From Candidatus Binatia bacterium (lineage in GTDB: Bacteria; Desulfobacterota; Binatia; UBA9968): a stretch of 24,000 bases of DNA. Within the stretch, counting starts at the first letter, position 1; each line of letters begins with the position of its first letter. Below, piece after piece: positions 1 through 7,958 of this stretch. The DNA lies in NCBI GenBank assembly GCA_036555515.1, contig DATBLC010000195.1, forward strand, positions 1 through 24,000, read 5' to 3'. Below the pieces are notes generated by a model. That model was not told the origin of the DNA, searched no databases, and was given only the letters and a program-made list of their open reading frames with translations. Made by a program: the position numbers and the translations under genes.

Positions 1-669
1 TCCACCGAAACCGGCAATCCCTATGTCTTTTATACCCGCAAGGAACTGGGGCTCGACAATCTGGAGAAACTGCGGAGCAAGCCGGGGATACGGATCGGCG
101 CTCAATCGGTGGGACATTCAGTCTATGTGACCGCGCGCTTGTTCGCCTATCTGCTGGAATTCAAGGAGCCCAATTTCATCGTCGGCTTCACGGGCCCGGA
201 ATTGGATATTGCTATGGGCAACCGGGAGCTGGACGCGAGAACCACCAGCAGTTTGGAGGACCTCGTGCAAAAAGGGAGTAGGGACAACTTCCATTATCAC
301 GCGAATTTGGCGGTCCCCAAAGGCGCGCCGCATCCTGACGTGCCTGGGCTTCCCGACCTGGACAAATTTGCTAAGACCGAAAAAGAACGCAAGGTCCTCG
401 ATCTGTTTCGCGCTTTTCAGTATCCCCGCTGGCCGATTCACCTGCCTCCAGGGACTCCCAAGGAATTAGTACAGATTCTGCGCGACGCGATGGCGAAGAC
501 CTATAAAGATCCTGGTTTTCGGCGAGATTTTAAAAAGCTTATGGGCAGGGACCCTTCACCACTTAGCGGAGAAGATTTGCAAAAGGCGGTGCGAGAACTG
601 CCTCGGGACGCCGAGGTGATTGCGCTCTATAAGAAGTTTGCCGATGCCGGGCCGCTGCCGATGCGATAA
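1..669 (+). CDS. extracytoplasmic solute-binding protein, C-terminal fragment (5' end lies outside window)
   Basis: Frame 1 is open from base 1 (STETGNPYVFYTRKELG...) to the TAA at 667-669, so tracked ORF 109..669 is only the first internal GTG. Sequence character (GIRIGAQSVGHSVYV, PPGTPKELVQILRDAM, PSPLSGEDLQKAV) resembles TauA/NMT1-like ABC or Bug-type binding proteins. Family call is from memory only. Confidence 0.55.
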   Translation, partial: STETGNPYVFYTRKELGLDNLEKLRSKPGIRIGAQSVGHSVYVTARLFAYLLEFKEPNFIVGFTGPELDIAMGNRELDARTTSSLEDLVQKGSRDNFHYHANLAVPKGAPHPDVPGLPDLDKFAKTEKERKVLDLFRAFQYPRWPIHLPPGTPKELVQILRDAMAKTYKDPGFRRDFKKLMGRDPSPLSGEDLQKAVRELPRDAEVIALYKKFADAGPLPMR

Positions 670-681
670 TGGCACGATAAG

Positions 682-708
682 AGTTCAATTCGTTCAAGTC
701 GTTCAAAG
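682..708. repeat. three tandem 9-bp units AGTTCAATT/CGTTCAAGT/CGTTCAAAG (CGTTCAA-type periodic repeat)
   Basis: Read directly from the sequence in the convergent spacer between the binding-protein gene and the minus-strand OCD gene. A related five-unit array lies at 4109-4153. Confidence 0.5.
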
Positions 709-987
709 TGTCTCGAACGGCTTTTGCGGCCAGAAAGCTGAGGAATCAAAACGGCAAAAGCGCGGAGTCCATCGAATAAAGGTAACTCATGACGATGGTG
801 GTCGAGTAAAAGACGACGAAAAAAGTGATTGTGGCTAGGAAAAATCGAAGCAAAATTGCCATAAATCCGCCCGTCTTCGCCTGGCAAGTCATATCGCAGC
901 TACGAAGAAAGTGCCACCCCTATGGAGGCGAAGGAGAATGCCTCAGCATTGCCGGCGATCTACTGATGGGAGCAAGACGGCTCGATT

Positions 988-2004
988 TCAATACGGCAGC
1001 CGAGTGCCGATGCCGTTCTCTAAAGCGCTGCGATAAATGTAATGCGCCATGGCGACGTCCTGGTTCACCAGGCCGATGGCGCGGATGAAGATCCGTTCGC
1101 GCTCGGATTGCCGGGCCGCTTTCTTGCCGGACAGCAAATCGGGAAGTTCGGCGTAGAGATCCGTTTCACTTAAAAAATTTTCACTGAGCATTCGCTGCAT
1201 GTCTGACTTGTGTTTGCAATGTTTCCAACTGTCGACGACGAATTTGTCGCTGTTTTTGTAAACGGAGCTTTCCATCTCCTGGTTTTTGCCGATGGAGTAA
1301 ACGGTAATTCCTTCACCGAGCCAGGATTCCTTGACAAAAGGGGTTGAGGTCGTCGTCGCTGAGATAACCACGTCGGCGCCCTTGAGCGCGTCCTCGGTGG
1401 ATTCCACCGCAAGGATATTCAATCCATATTCTTTGCCGACTTCCTTGGCATAATTTTGGCGCGATTCCGGCGTACGCGACGTGACCCGGATTTCTTTCAA
1501 CTCGAACGCCTTTGTCATCACCGGTACGGCGGCGCGCGCGGTGTCGCCTGCGCCGAGCATCGCCATCGTCTTTGAACCTTTGCGCGCGAGCAACCGCATC
1601 GCCACGGTCGCGGCGGCGGCGGTGCGCACCGCGTGGCACCAGTCTTCATCCATAATGCAGAGAATCTCGCCGCCGGCGCGATCGCTGAGCAGCAAAATTC
1701 GTCTCGGACCACGGGGTGGCCGCGAAACATCCCGGCTGCCGCCAGCGGCTTTGATCGAACGAATGCGAAAACCGGCTACCGGCTCGGTGGCCAGCGCGCA
1801 GCCGGTGACCCATGACTGCCAACCCTGTTCCGGCTTAATTGCCAGATCTTCGGGCGTGGACCAGATGACCCGCCCTTCGCTGTGGTCCCGCAGCGCGCCC
1901 TCGGTGATTTCGATGGCGCGGCCAAGGTCGAGGACTTTTTTGACATCCTGATTGGAAAGATAAAGTATTCCTTTGTGCGACATCGTCAAATTAGCCACCC
2001 TCAC
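988..2004 (-). CDS. ornithine cyclodeaminase / mu-crystallin family NAD(P)-dependent enzyme (paralog 1)
   Basis: 338-aa ORF. OCD-type N-terminus (ILYLSNQDVKKVLDLGRAIEITEGAL), Rossmann motif MLGAGDTARAA, and VISATTTSTPF. The GTG at 2004 is preceded by AGAGGA with a 5-nt spacer. ATG 1983 is an alternative start, so the start is uncertain. Confidence 0.8.
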   Translation of the reverse strand: MRVANLTMSHKGILYLSNQDVKKVLDLGRAIEITEGALRDHSEGRVIWSTPEDLAIKPEQGWQSWVTGCALATEPVAGFRIRSIKAAGGSRDVSRPPRGPRRILLLSDRAGGEILCIMDEDWCHAVRTAAAATVAMRLLARKGSKTMAMLGAGDTARAAVPVMTKAFELKEIRVTSRTPESRQNYAKEVGKEYGLNILAVESTEDALKGADVVISATTTSTPFVKESWLGEGITVYSIGKNQEMESSVYKNSDKFVVDSWKHCKHKSDMQRMLSENFLSETDLYAELPDLLSGKKAARQSERERIFIRAIGLVNQDVAMAHYIYRSALENGIGTRLPY

Positions 2005-2110
2005 CTCTGTCCTCTGCCGTCAAGCGAGAGGAAGTTCGAGACTAGGCCATAGTCGAGTCTGGCTAGCCATACAAGACAGCCATTTGATGAAGAAGAAGTC
2101 CAATTGAAGA

Positions 2111-3247
2111 TCAGTTGATCAACCGCAGATCCCGGCAGCCCGTGGTCAAAAATTGCGGGCCTGTCTCGGTGATGAGCACATCCTCCTCCAAATGTACCGC
2201 GCTCTTTTCTGACCGAACCTTGGGTTCCAGGGCGAGAACCATCCCTGGCCGATAGAGGTCTTTTTCAACTTCGTTCAGTGAGGGCGGCTCCGCGCGCGAC
2301 ATGCCGATGCCGTGGCCGATGCGTTTCGGGCTATCGACCGCTTGATAACCGCGTTTCACCAATTCACGGTTAGCGACGGGCGATACCTCGGCGATGGGCG
2401 TGTCTGGTTTCATGGATTCGAAACAAAGCTGAACTACGTCGCAGGCGGTCTCGTGATCTCTTTTGTGATCCGCCGTCGGCTCGCCAAAAATCGCCATTCG
2501 GGTGATGTCGCCGTAATATCCTTCGTAACAAGCGCCGAAATCGGCGATCATCCGATCGCCTTTTTCATAACGGCGGTCATCATAACGGGTTGACGAATTG
2601 AGCATAAGAAATCCGGGATGGCGCGGATGCGCGCCTTCTTCGATCATCGAGATATACAACCGGTCCGCGATTTCGCGCCGGGTCATGCCCGGCTTCAATT
2701 GCGGCAGGCAGCGGTCATAAGCCTTGACGGAAATCTCGCAAGCCCTGCGCATGAATTCGATTTCCCGCGGGCTTTTGATGATTCGCATCTCCGTCAGAGC
2801 GGCGCTGCCGTCTTTGATCTGGGCCTTGGGGAGAGCTTCGGTCAGGCCGGACAGATAATTCACGGGAAAACCCAGCCGCTGATCGTCGCCGAGCTCAAAA
2901 CCCAACTTGGCCTCGCCGAGACCCATTTCCTTGACACAATCGGCGATCATTTCGCGGGGAAACGGCACGTCCGTGTAGGCGTGCACTTCCCCAACCCAGG
3001 GCAGTGCCTTGGCTTTCGCTTTGTCATTGCCGTATACGAGGAGAAGCGGCTTGCCGCTCTTTGGTAGAATACAAATCTGCGGGCGCTGAATGTGGTCTAG
3101 CTGGTAGCTGATGAGCCCGCTGAAGTACCAGTAGTTGTTTTTTTCCGATACCACGAGGGCGTCAAGTCCATCCCGGTCCATGAGACCCTGGGCGCGTCGG
3201 TGGCGCTCGCAATATTCTGATTCAGTGAACGGCGCTTCGGTTGCCAT
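2111..3247 (-). CDS. M24 (pita-bread) family metallohydrolase, Xaa-Pro peptidase / creatinase / ectoine-hydrolase-like
   Basis: 378 aa. N-terminal creatinase/prolidase-type domain. The five canonical metal-ligand contexts appear to be retained (ADFGACYEGYYGDITR, IGHGIGM, LALEPKV, LEEDVLITE). RBS GAGGAG lies 6 nt upstream of ATG 3247. Confidence 0.85.
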   Translation of the reverse strand: MATEAPFTESEYCERHRRAQGLMDRDGLDALVVSEKNNYWYFSGLISYQLDHIQRPQICILPKSGKPLLLVYGNDKAKAKALPWVGEVHAYTDVPFPREMIADCVKEMGLGEAKLGFELGDDQRLGFPVNYLSGLTEALPKAQIKDGSAALTEMRIIKSPREIEFMRRACEISVKAYDRCLPQLKPGMTRREIADRLYISMIEEGAHPRHPGFLMLNSSTRYDDRRYEKGDRMIADFGACYEGYYGDITRMAIFGEPTADHKRDHETACDVVQLCFESMKPDTPIAEVSPVANRELVKRGYQAVDSPKRIGHGIGMSRAEPPSLNEVEKDLYRPGMVLALEPKVRSEKSAVHLEEDVLITETGPQFLTTGCRDLRLIN

Positions 3248-3328
3248 GCTGATCTCCTCGTCTGGGCTGGCAAAAAGGGGACATGCTATTTTTTTCTCCT
3301 TCGAGAAAGAGTTGCCTGTCTCCCTAGC

Positions 3329-4030
3329 TTAGCTAACTTTCCGGCCTTCCACGCGCTTTAACTGGTTTACGTAAGCCAGTGCCTCTTGGAGCTGAATCAC
3401 CGACGCGTACTTCGCGTTCATCTCGAAGAGATTGACCAAATGCGAAGTGCGAGAACGGTCGAACACGCATTCTTCGACGAGGAAAACCGGGAAGCCAAAG
3501 GAATAACCGTCCAGCACTGTGCCACGAACGCAGCCACAAGTGCTGGTACCGGTGACGAGCAAGCAATCGATATTTTTGCGCACCAGGTAAGTGATCAAGT
3601 GGGTGCCGAAAAAAGCGCTGGCGCGGGCCTTGCGAACGATGAATTCATTGTCTCTCGGCCTGATCATCTCGGGAAATTCGACCGCGAGTTTCTCGAAGTC
3701 GGTTTTGTCCACACCGCGTTTGGTGGCGTTGCCGAAGGCGGCTTTGAAGTCGGGATCGCTGGTGGAGTAGATCACGGGAATCTCAGCATCACGACAGGCG
3801 TGGAGCAGCTGCTGTATCTTCGGCAGCGCGTCCCAGGCTACTTGGCCACAACTGGTGGGGAATTCGTCGATGGCATCCATCACCGGCATTGGCTTTGTCC
3901 CCGTGAAGCCGGTAATCACGTCGATAATCAAGAGCGCGGGGTTGACGCCAAATTTCTCCTTGCCCTTGTAACCGGCTTTTTCGTAAACCTTTCGTTCCTC
4001 TTCCGGGATAAACGCTTCCCAATCTCGCAT
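3329..4030 (-). CDS. isochorismatase-family cysteine amidohydrolase (N-carbamoylsarcosine amidase / RutB / PncA-like)
   Basis: Catalytic D-K-C contexts are present: LLIIDVITGF, VRKARASAFFGT, LLVTGTSTCGCVRGTVLDG. The tracked ORF starts at GTG 4036, but ATG 4030 sits 8 nt after GGAG, so 4030 is preferred. Confidence 0.85.
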   Translation of the reverse strand: MRDWEAFIPEEERKVYEKAGYKGKEKFGVNPALLIIDVITGFTGTKPMPVMDAIDEFPTSCGQVAWDALPKIQQLLHACRDAEIPVIYSTSDPDFKAAFGNATKRGVDKTDFEKLAVEFPEMIRPRDNEFIVRKARASAFFGTHLITYLVRKNIDCLLVTGTSTCGCVRGTVLDGYSFGFPVFLVEECVFDRSRTSHLVNLFEMNAKYASVIQLQEALAYVNQLKRVEGRKVS

Positions 4031-4108
4031 AATCACATCTCCTATCTATTTCGATTGTTAAGTGATTTTGCCTGTGGCTGAAACTGGCGTTTCTCTGAGC
4101 ATGATTTT

Positions 4109-4153
4109 CGTTCAAGCCGTTCAACCGCTTCGCTCCGTTAAAACCGTTGAAAT
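4109..4153. repeat. five tandem 9-bp units CGTTCAAGC/CGTTCAACC/GCTTCGCTC/CGTTAAAAC/CGTTGAAAT
   Basis: Read directly from the sequence. It lies between the stop of OCD paralog 2 (4197) and the start of the isochorismatase-family gene (4030). Same unit type and period as 682-708. Confidence 0.5.
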
Positions 4154-4196
4154 GGCGGTGAATGGGGCACGCCTCACACCTTACCTGCTTTTTCGG

Positions 4197-5264
4197 TCAC
4201 GGCGAATACAACTTATCTCCCCGTTGCGTCATGAATAGCTCCAGCGGCAGCTCCCGACCGATGTCTTTTTCTTTGGCTTTCTCGTACATCTTTCGCGCCG
4301 TCGCTGCGAACTGGATACCCATGCCCGTGTTGTTTTTGAAAAAGGTGATCTCTTTGTCGTCCTTGCGGCCACGGCACTTACCCGTAAGTAGCTCGCCAAG
4401 TTCGTGCAGGTTTTCGGCTTTCACGATGCCGCGTTCGAGTCGGTCGTGGAACTCGGCCTGCTTGTCGAGAAATATTTGTTGTTTGGAGCCGACGACGATG
4501 AGATTGGACTTCATCACGGCATCATCGTCGAGCTCTTTTCTTGGCAGAAAACCGTCGCCGCCGACAATGCTGTTCAAATGCATGCCCGCGTCGACCCATT
4601 TGCCTTGAATGACCGGGTCGACCGTGTTGGTGGCGGCAGTGACGATGTCGCTGCCGCGGATCGCTTCTTCGGCGCTTGATACAGGGATGATTTCCACGCC
4701 GGTCTCGGCGCTCATTTCCGCGGCGAAGCGTTCGCGATTCTCCTTCGTCGGGCTGTAAACTTTGATTTTGCTTAACGGCCTTACGGCAAGGTGCGCTGTA
4801 ACTTGTGTCTTGGCCTGTTCGCCAGAGCCCAGCAGGGCCATGACCTTCGCGTCCTTGCGCGCCAGATATTTGCTCGCCACCGCGCTGGTGGCACCGACAC
4901 GCATGGCGGAGATGTAATGATCATCCATCATGGCCAGGATTTCGCAAGTGTCCATGTCGAAGAGCAACACAAGGCCGATAAAGTCGCCGGGGTAGACGCG
5001 CCGCTTGCTGCCGGCCACTTGAACTTCCTTCGAAAAACTCGAGTCGATGCGCAGCGCCATCGACTTCATTCCCGGGACGAGTCCCATGATATTATTGAAA
5101 TAGTATTGGCCGCCTTCCTCCTTCCATGATGTCCGCAGACGCGCCCGTGGCGCAATCATTGCCTTGCCTTCGCCGAGCTCGCGAAAAGCTTGCTCTATGG
5201 CATCGACCTCTTCCGCCATCGGCAAAAGATTCTTCATCTCCTCGTTCTTGAGAACCATCACCAT
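4197..5264 (-). CDS. ornithine cyclodeaminase / mu-crystallin family NAD(P)-dependent enzyme (paralog 2)
   Basis: OCD-type N-terminus MVMVLKNEEMKNLLPMAEEVDAIEQAFRELGEG, ISAMRVGATSAVASKYLAR, Rossmann LLGSGEQAKTQ, and IVTAATNTVDPV. ATG 5264 is preceded by AAGGGAGAAAGCTTCT. The 33-codon in-frame upstream extension to 5363 has no RBS and no family precedent. Confidence 0.85.
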   Translation of the reverse strand: MVMVLKNEEMKNLLPMAEEVDAIEQAFRELGEGKAMIAPRARLRTSWKEEGGQYYFNNIMGLVPGMKSMALRIDSSFSKEVQVAGSKRRVYPGDFIGLVLLFDMDTCEILAMMDDHYISAMRVGATSAVASKYLARKDAKVMALLGSGEQAKTQVTAHLAVRPLSKIKVYSPTKENRERFAAEMSAETGVEIIPVSSAEEAIRGSDIVTAATNTVDPVIQGKWVDAGMHLNSIVGGDGFLPRKELDDDAVMKSNLIVVGSKQQIFLDKQAEFHDRLERGIVKAENLHELGELLTGKCRGRKDDKEITFFKNNTGMGIQFAATARKMYEKAKEKDIGRELPLELFMTQRGDKLYSP

Positions 5265-5448
5265 AGAAGCTTTCTCCCTTCCGAATCTCCGTACAACGAA
5301 GTCCGGCGCAGAGTCAAGGAAGGGAACCAGAAGCCAGGCATTGTCGAAGCGCAAGACGGGCAAGAATCGGCAAGCGAGGAAAGAGCAATGGGTTAATCAT
5401 GGTGCCGGTCAATGGACTGTTGAGCGGAGTTGCCGCGTCGATGGAAAA

Positions 5449-5481
5449 GAAAAGGGCTGAAGAAAGTCTCTTCAGCCCTTT
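5449..5481 (-). terminator. bidirectional rho-independent terminator downstream of the ferredoxin gene
   Basis: Perfect 10-bp stem GGGCTGAAGA (5453-5462) / TCTTCAGCCC (5468-5477) with a 5-nt loop. It is flanked by AAAA on one side and TTTT on the other, giving a U-tract on either strand. Confidence 0.65.
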
Positions 5482-5515
5482 TCGTGTGAGTAGGGGCAGG
5501 TCGAAAGTCGAGGAG

Positions 5516-5788
5516 TCAGCCTTTCTTCGCCTTGTACCAGTCAGCGTCTATCTGAATAAAATGCTTCCATTTGTCCGGCACCGCTGCCTCTTCAAAAATC
5601 GCCTCCACGGGGCAGACCGGCTCGCAGGCGCCGCAGTCGATGCACTCTTCGGGATCTATATAGAGCTTTTTTTCCTTTTCAAACTCCTCGGCCTCGTTTT
5701 TCGTCGGATGAATGCAATCAACCGGGCATACGTCAACACAAGCGGTGTCTTTTACGTCTATGCACGGCTCAGCAATAATATAAGTCAT
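5516..5788 (-). CDS. fdxA: 7Fe ferredoxin ([3Fe-4S][4Fe-4S], FdxA type)
   Basis: 90 aa, [27 protein letters not shown]...[16 protein letters not shown], with the classic Cx7Cx3CP plus CxxCxxCxxxCP spacing. Strong RBS GAGGAGGAG upstream of ATG 5788. The tracked ORF start at 5803 lies inside the RBS. Confidence 0.9.
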   Translation of the reverse strand: MTYIIAEPCIDVKDTACVDVCPVDCIHPTKNEAEEFEKEKKLYIDPEECIDCGACEPVCPVEAIFEEAAVPDKWKHFIQIDADWYKAKKG

Positions 5789-5803
5789 CTCGCTCCTCCT
5801 CAA

Positions 5804-5848
5804 AATTGACTTTTAGTGTAGTAGCAAATCGACTTTGGCAAGTCAATT
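5804..5848. promoter_or_regulatory. 9-bp perfect inverted repeat AATTGACTT ... AAGTCAATT in the fdxA/ybeY divergent region (candidate operator or promoter element)
   Basis: Arms at 5804-5812 and 5840-5848, with a third half-site AATTGAC at 5874-5880. On the minus strand the right arm contains TTGACT, a -35-like hexamer upstream of fdxA. No convincing -10 at canonical spacing. Confidence 0.3.
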
Positions 5849-6017
5849 AATCAGGAGGGCACAAAAGGATCTTAATTGACCGCTCAAACGGGCAGTGTTA
5901 AATAAGTCCGCCTGGGGCATCCCCACCCGGCAATTGTTTCGGAATTTTACAGAAATTTACTGACAACCGCGGAGCGCGGCTGTCGCAAGCGCAACGCCAA
6001 GACGTTACTATCTGACG

Positions 6018-6548
6018 ATGCCCGTCGAATTGGTCCGGCGCGGCGCGGGGAAGAACTGTCCCGCGCGGGCCGTTAAAAACACTGCGCTCGAAGTTCTCCG
6101 CCTGCTCAACCAGGATAAGGCGGAGCTGAGTCTGGCGTTAGTCGGCGATAGAGAGATTCGGAAACTCAACGCTAAGTACCGCAAAAAAGATTACGCCACC
6201 GACGTGCTGTCGTTTTCCACGGCAAAGAATTTGCCGGAACCGACTCGGCTGCTTGGGGATGTCGTGATCTCGGTCGATAAGGCGCGCGCGCAGGCAAAGG
6301 AGCGCGGTTGGACGCTAAAAGAAGAACTGACCACGCTGTTGATCCACGGCGTCGTGCATCTGCTGGGTTACGATCACGAGCGTTCCGCCAGTGATGCGCG
6401 CGCTATGGGACGGTTGGAGAGAAAGACTTACCGGCAGCTTTGTGAGCGGGGCTTTTTAAGGGTATACTATAAACCTAGACGGAATCCGGGCGCCGGAACT
6501 ACGAAGTCGGAAGCAGGAAGGCAAAATTCACGAGCCGGAAGAAAGTAA
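6018..6548 (+). CDS. ybeY: endoribonuclease YbeY (rRNA maturation factor)
   Basis: Zinc motif HGVVHLLGYDHE, plus DREIRKLNAKYRKKDYATDVLSF. Carries a roughly 35-aa basic C-terminal tail beyond the usual domain. Confidence 0.9.
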   Translation: MPVELVRRGAGKNCPARAVKNTALEVLRLLNQDKAELSLALVGDREIRKLNAKYRKKDYATDVLSFSTAKNLPEPTRLLGDVVISVDKARAQAKERGWTLKEELTTLLIHGVVHLLGYDHERSASDARAMGRLERKTYRQLCERGFLRVYYKPRRNPGAGTTKSEAGRQNSRAGRK

Positions 6549-6553
6549 ATTAG

Positions 6554-7658
6554 ATGTTGGACGAAACCCGCGAACAATTAACCCACCTAGAAGAGCGCGT
6601 CGAGCTTTTGCGGAGGCGGCTTTGACGTCGCAGGTAAGCAAAAGCGCGTCGAAGAGCTGAACCAGATCACGTCCAAGCCGGATTTCTGGAACGACAGCGA
6701 AAAAGCCCAGAGCATTCTTAGAGAGCAATCTTCCGTCAAAGGCGTTATCGACGCTTGGGAGAAACAACGCGCCGGCCTCGAAGAAGCGCGCTTCTTTCTC
6801 GAGATCGCCAAGGATGAAAAGAGCGAAGATGCGTTGAACGAGGCAGCGGCTAAAGTCGCCCAGGTGTCCCGCGAGATGGCGCAGACCGAGTTGGCACTGC
6901 TTCTAGGGGGGCCCGACGACCGGCGCAACGCCATCGTCACGCTGCACCCCGGCGCCGGCGGCACCGAAGCGCAGGACTGGGCTGAGATTCTTCTGCGCAT
7001 GTATTTGCGCTGGTGTGACCGACGCGGTTATCGAAAAGAGATTCTCGAATTCCAACCTGGCGAAGAAGCCGGCGTCAAGAGCGTGACTTTCACCGTCGAG
7101 GGCGACTACGCTTACGGCTATTTGAAAGCCGAAGCCGGCATCCATCGCCTCGTGCGCATCTCTCCCTTTGACGCCAATTCCAGGCGGCACACCTCTTTCG
7201 CCTCGGTGTTCGTCTATCCGGAAGTCGACGACGATATCAAAGTCGAGATTAACGAGGCCGATTTGCGCGTCGACACGTATCGGTCGAGCGGCGCCGGCGG
7301 GCAGCATGTCAATAAGACCGATTCCGCCGTGCGCTTGACCCATCTTCCCACCGGCATCGTCGTGGCCTGCCAAAACGAGCGCTCGCAGCATAAGAACCGC
7401 GCCATGGCGATGAAAATCTTGAAATCGCGTCTGTACGAGCTCGAGCTTGAAAAGCAAAAAGAAAAGATGGACGTTTTTCACAAGAGCAAAAAAGAGATTG
7501 CCTGGGGCAGCCAGATCCGTTCCTATGTGCTCCACCCCTACCGCTTAGTCAAGGATCACCGGACGAATATCGAGGTCGGCAACGCGGATGCCGTGCTCGA
7601 TGGTGATATTGATCAGTTTATCGAAGCTTATCTGATGGAGGCGGGCGAGCCGGCGTAA
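6554..7658 (+). CDS. prfB: peptide chain release factor 2, two frames joined by a programmed +1 frameshift (6554-6622 then 6624-7658)
   Basis: ATG 6554 opens a 23-codon ORF (MLDETREQLTHLEERVELLRRRL) ending at the in-frame TGA 6623-6625. The +1 frame continues as DVAGKQKRVEELNQITSKPDFWND... into tracked ORF 6834..7658, which contains the SPF tripeptide and GGQHVNKTDSAVR. Confidence 0.95.
6611..6626 (+). promoter_or_regulatory. RF2 autoregulatory +1 frameshift site (internal SD-like GGAGG, 3-nt spacer, CTT TGA C)
   Basis: The sequence CGGAGGCGGCTTTGAC matches the canonical prfB recoding architecture of E. coli (AGGGGGTATCTTTGAC), including the spacing. Confidence 0.9.
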
Positions 7659-7695
7659 CTCGTTTCCTGATCAAATCCATAAGTTTGCGACTTTG

Positions 7696-7734
7696 AATGG
7701 CAAGGGGTCGGGGAGAGGCTCACCCCTGACCATT
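7696..7734 (+). terminator. hairpin downstream of prfB (weak terminator or REP-like element)
   Basis: AATGG-CA-AGGGGT (7696-7708) pairs with ACCCCT-GA-CCATT (7722-7734): 5+6 bp around a 2x2 internal loop, with a 13-nt loop. Only TTT follows, so intrinsic termination is doubtful. Confidence 0.3.
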
Positions 7735-7886
7735 TGACCCTTACGGCCCCCGCTGAGCCGGAACTTTTCTGCGACGTGCACCGTTGTAAAAGCATCTAAG
7801 ATGAATTAGGGCCATGGTGCGCTTCAGGGCAACGTCAAAGTCAGTTTCACTTTACTGAATTGAATTTCCACCTGGCGTTTGTCCAA

Positions 7887-7958
7887 AAATCTCCCCTTCC
7901 CCCCTTTCAAAGTCTTTCAAAGGGGGGACTAAAAAGCTCCCTTTGTAAGGGGAGATTT
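7887..7958. repeat. nested palindromic REP/MITE-like element
   Basis: Outer perfect 12-bp inverted repeat AAATCTCCCCTT (7887-7898) / AAGGGGAGATTT (7947-7958). Inner perfect 9-bp inverted repeat CCCCCCTTT (7899-7907) / AAAGGGGGG (7919-7927). It creates the spurious in-frame N-terminal extension (..SPLPPFQSLSKGGLK..) of tracked ORF 7860..9287. Confidence 0.55.

Noticed and set aside
620-1088. Short ORFs in the 670-987 spacer (620..838 +, 825..1088 +, 627..887 -)
   Set aside because: They mutually overlap, are partly generated by the 9-bp CGTTCAA repeat, and have no RBS and no recognisable motifs.
2111-3247. Calling the M24 protein a bona fide creatinase
   Set aside because: All five pita-bread metal-ligand contexts appear conserved, whereas creatinase is the metal-independent member of the fold. 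Substrate cannot be inferred from sequence by eye.
5265-5363. 33-codon upstream extension of OCD paralog 2
   Set aside because: There is no RBS at 5363. ATG 5264 has AAGGGAG upstream, and the OCD-family N-terminal helix begins there.
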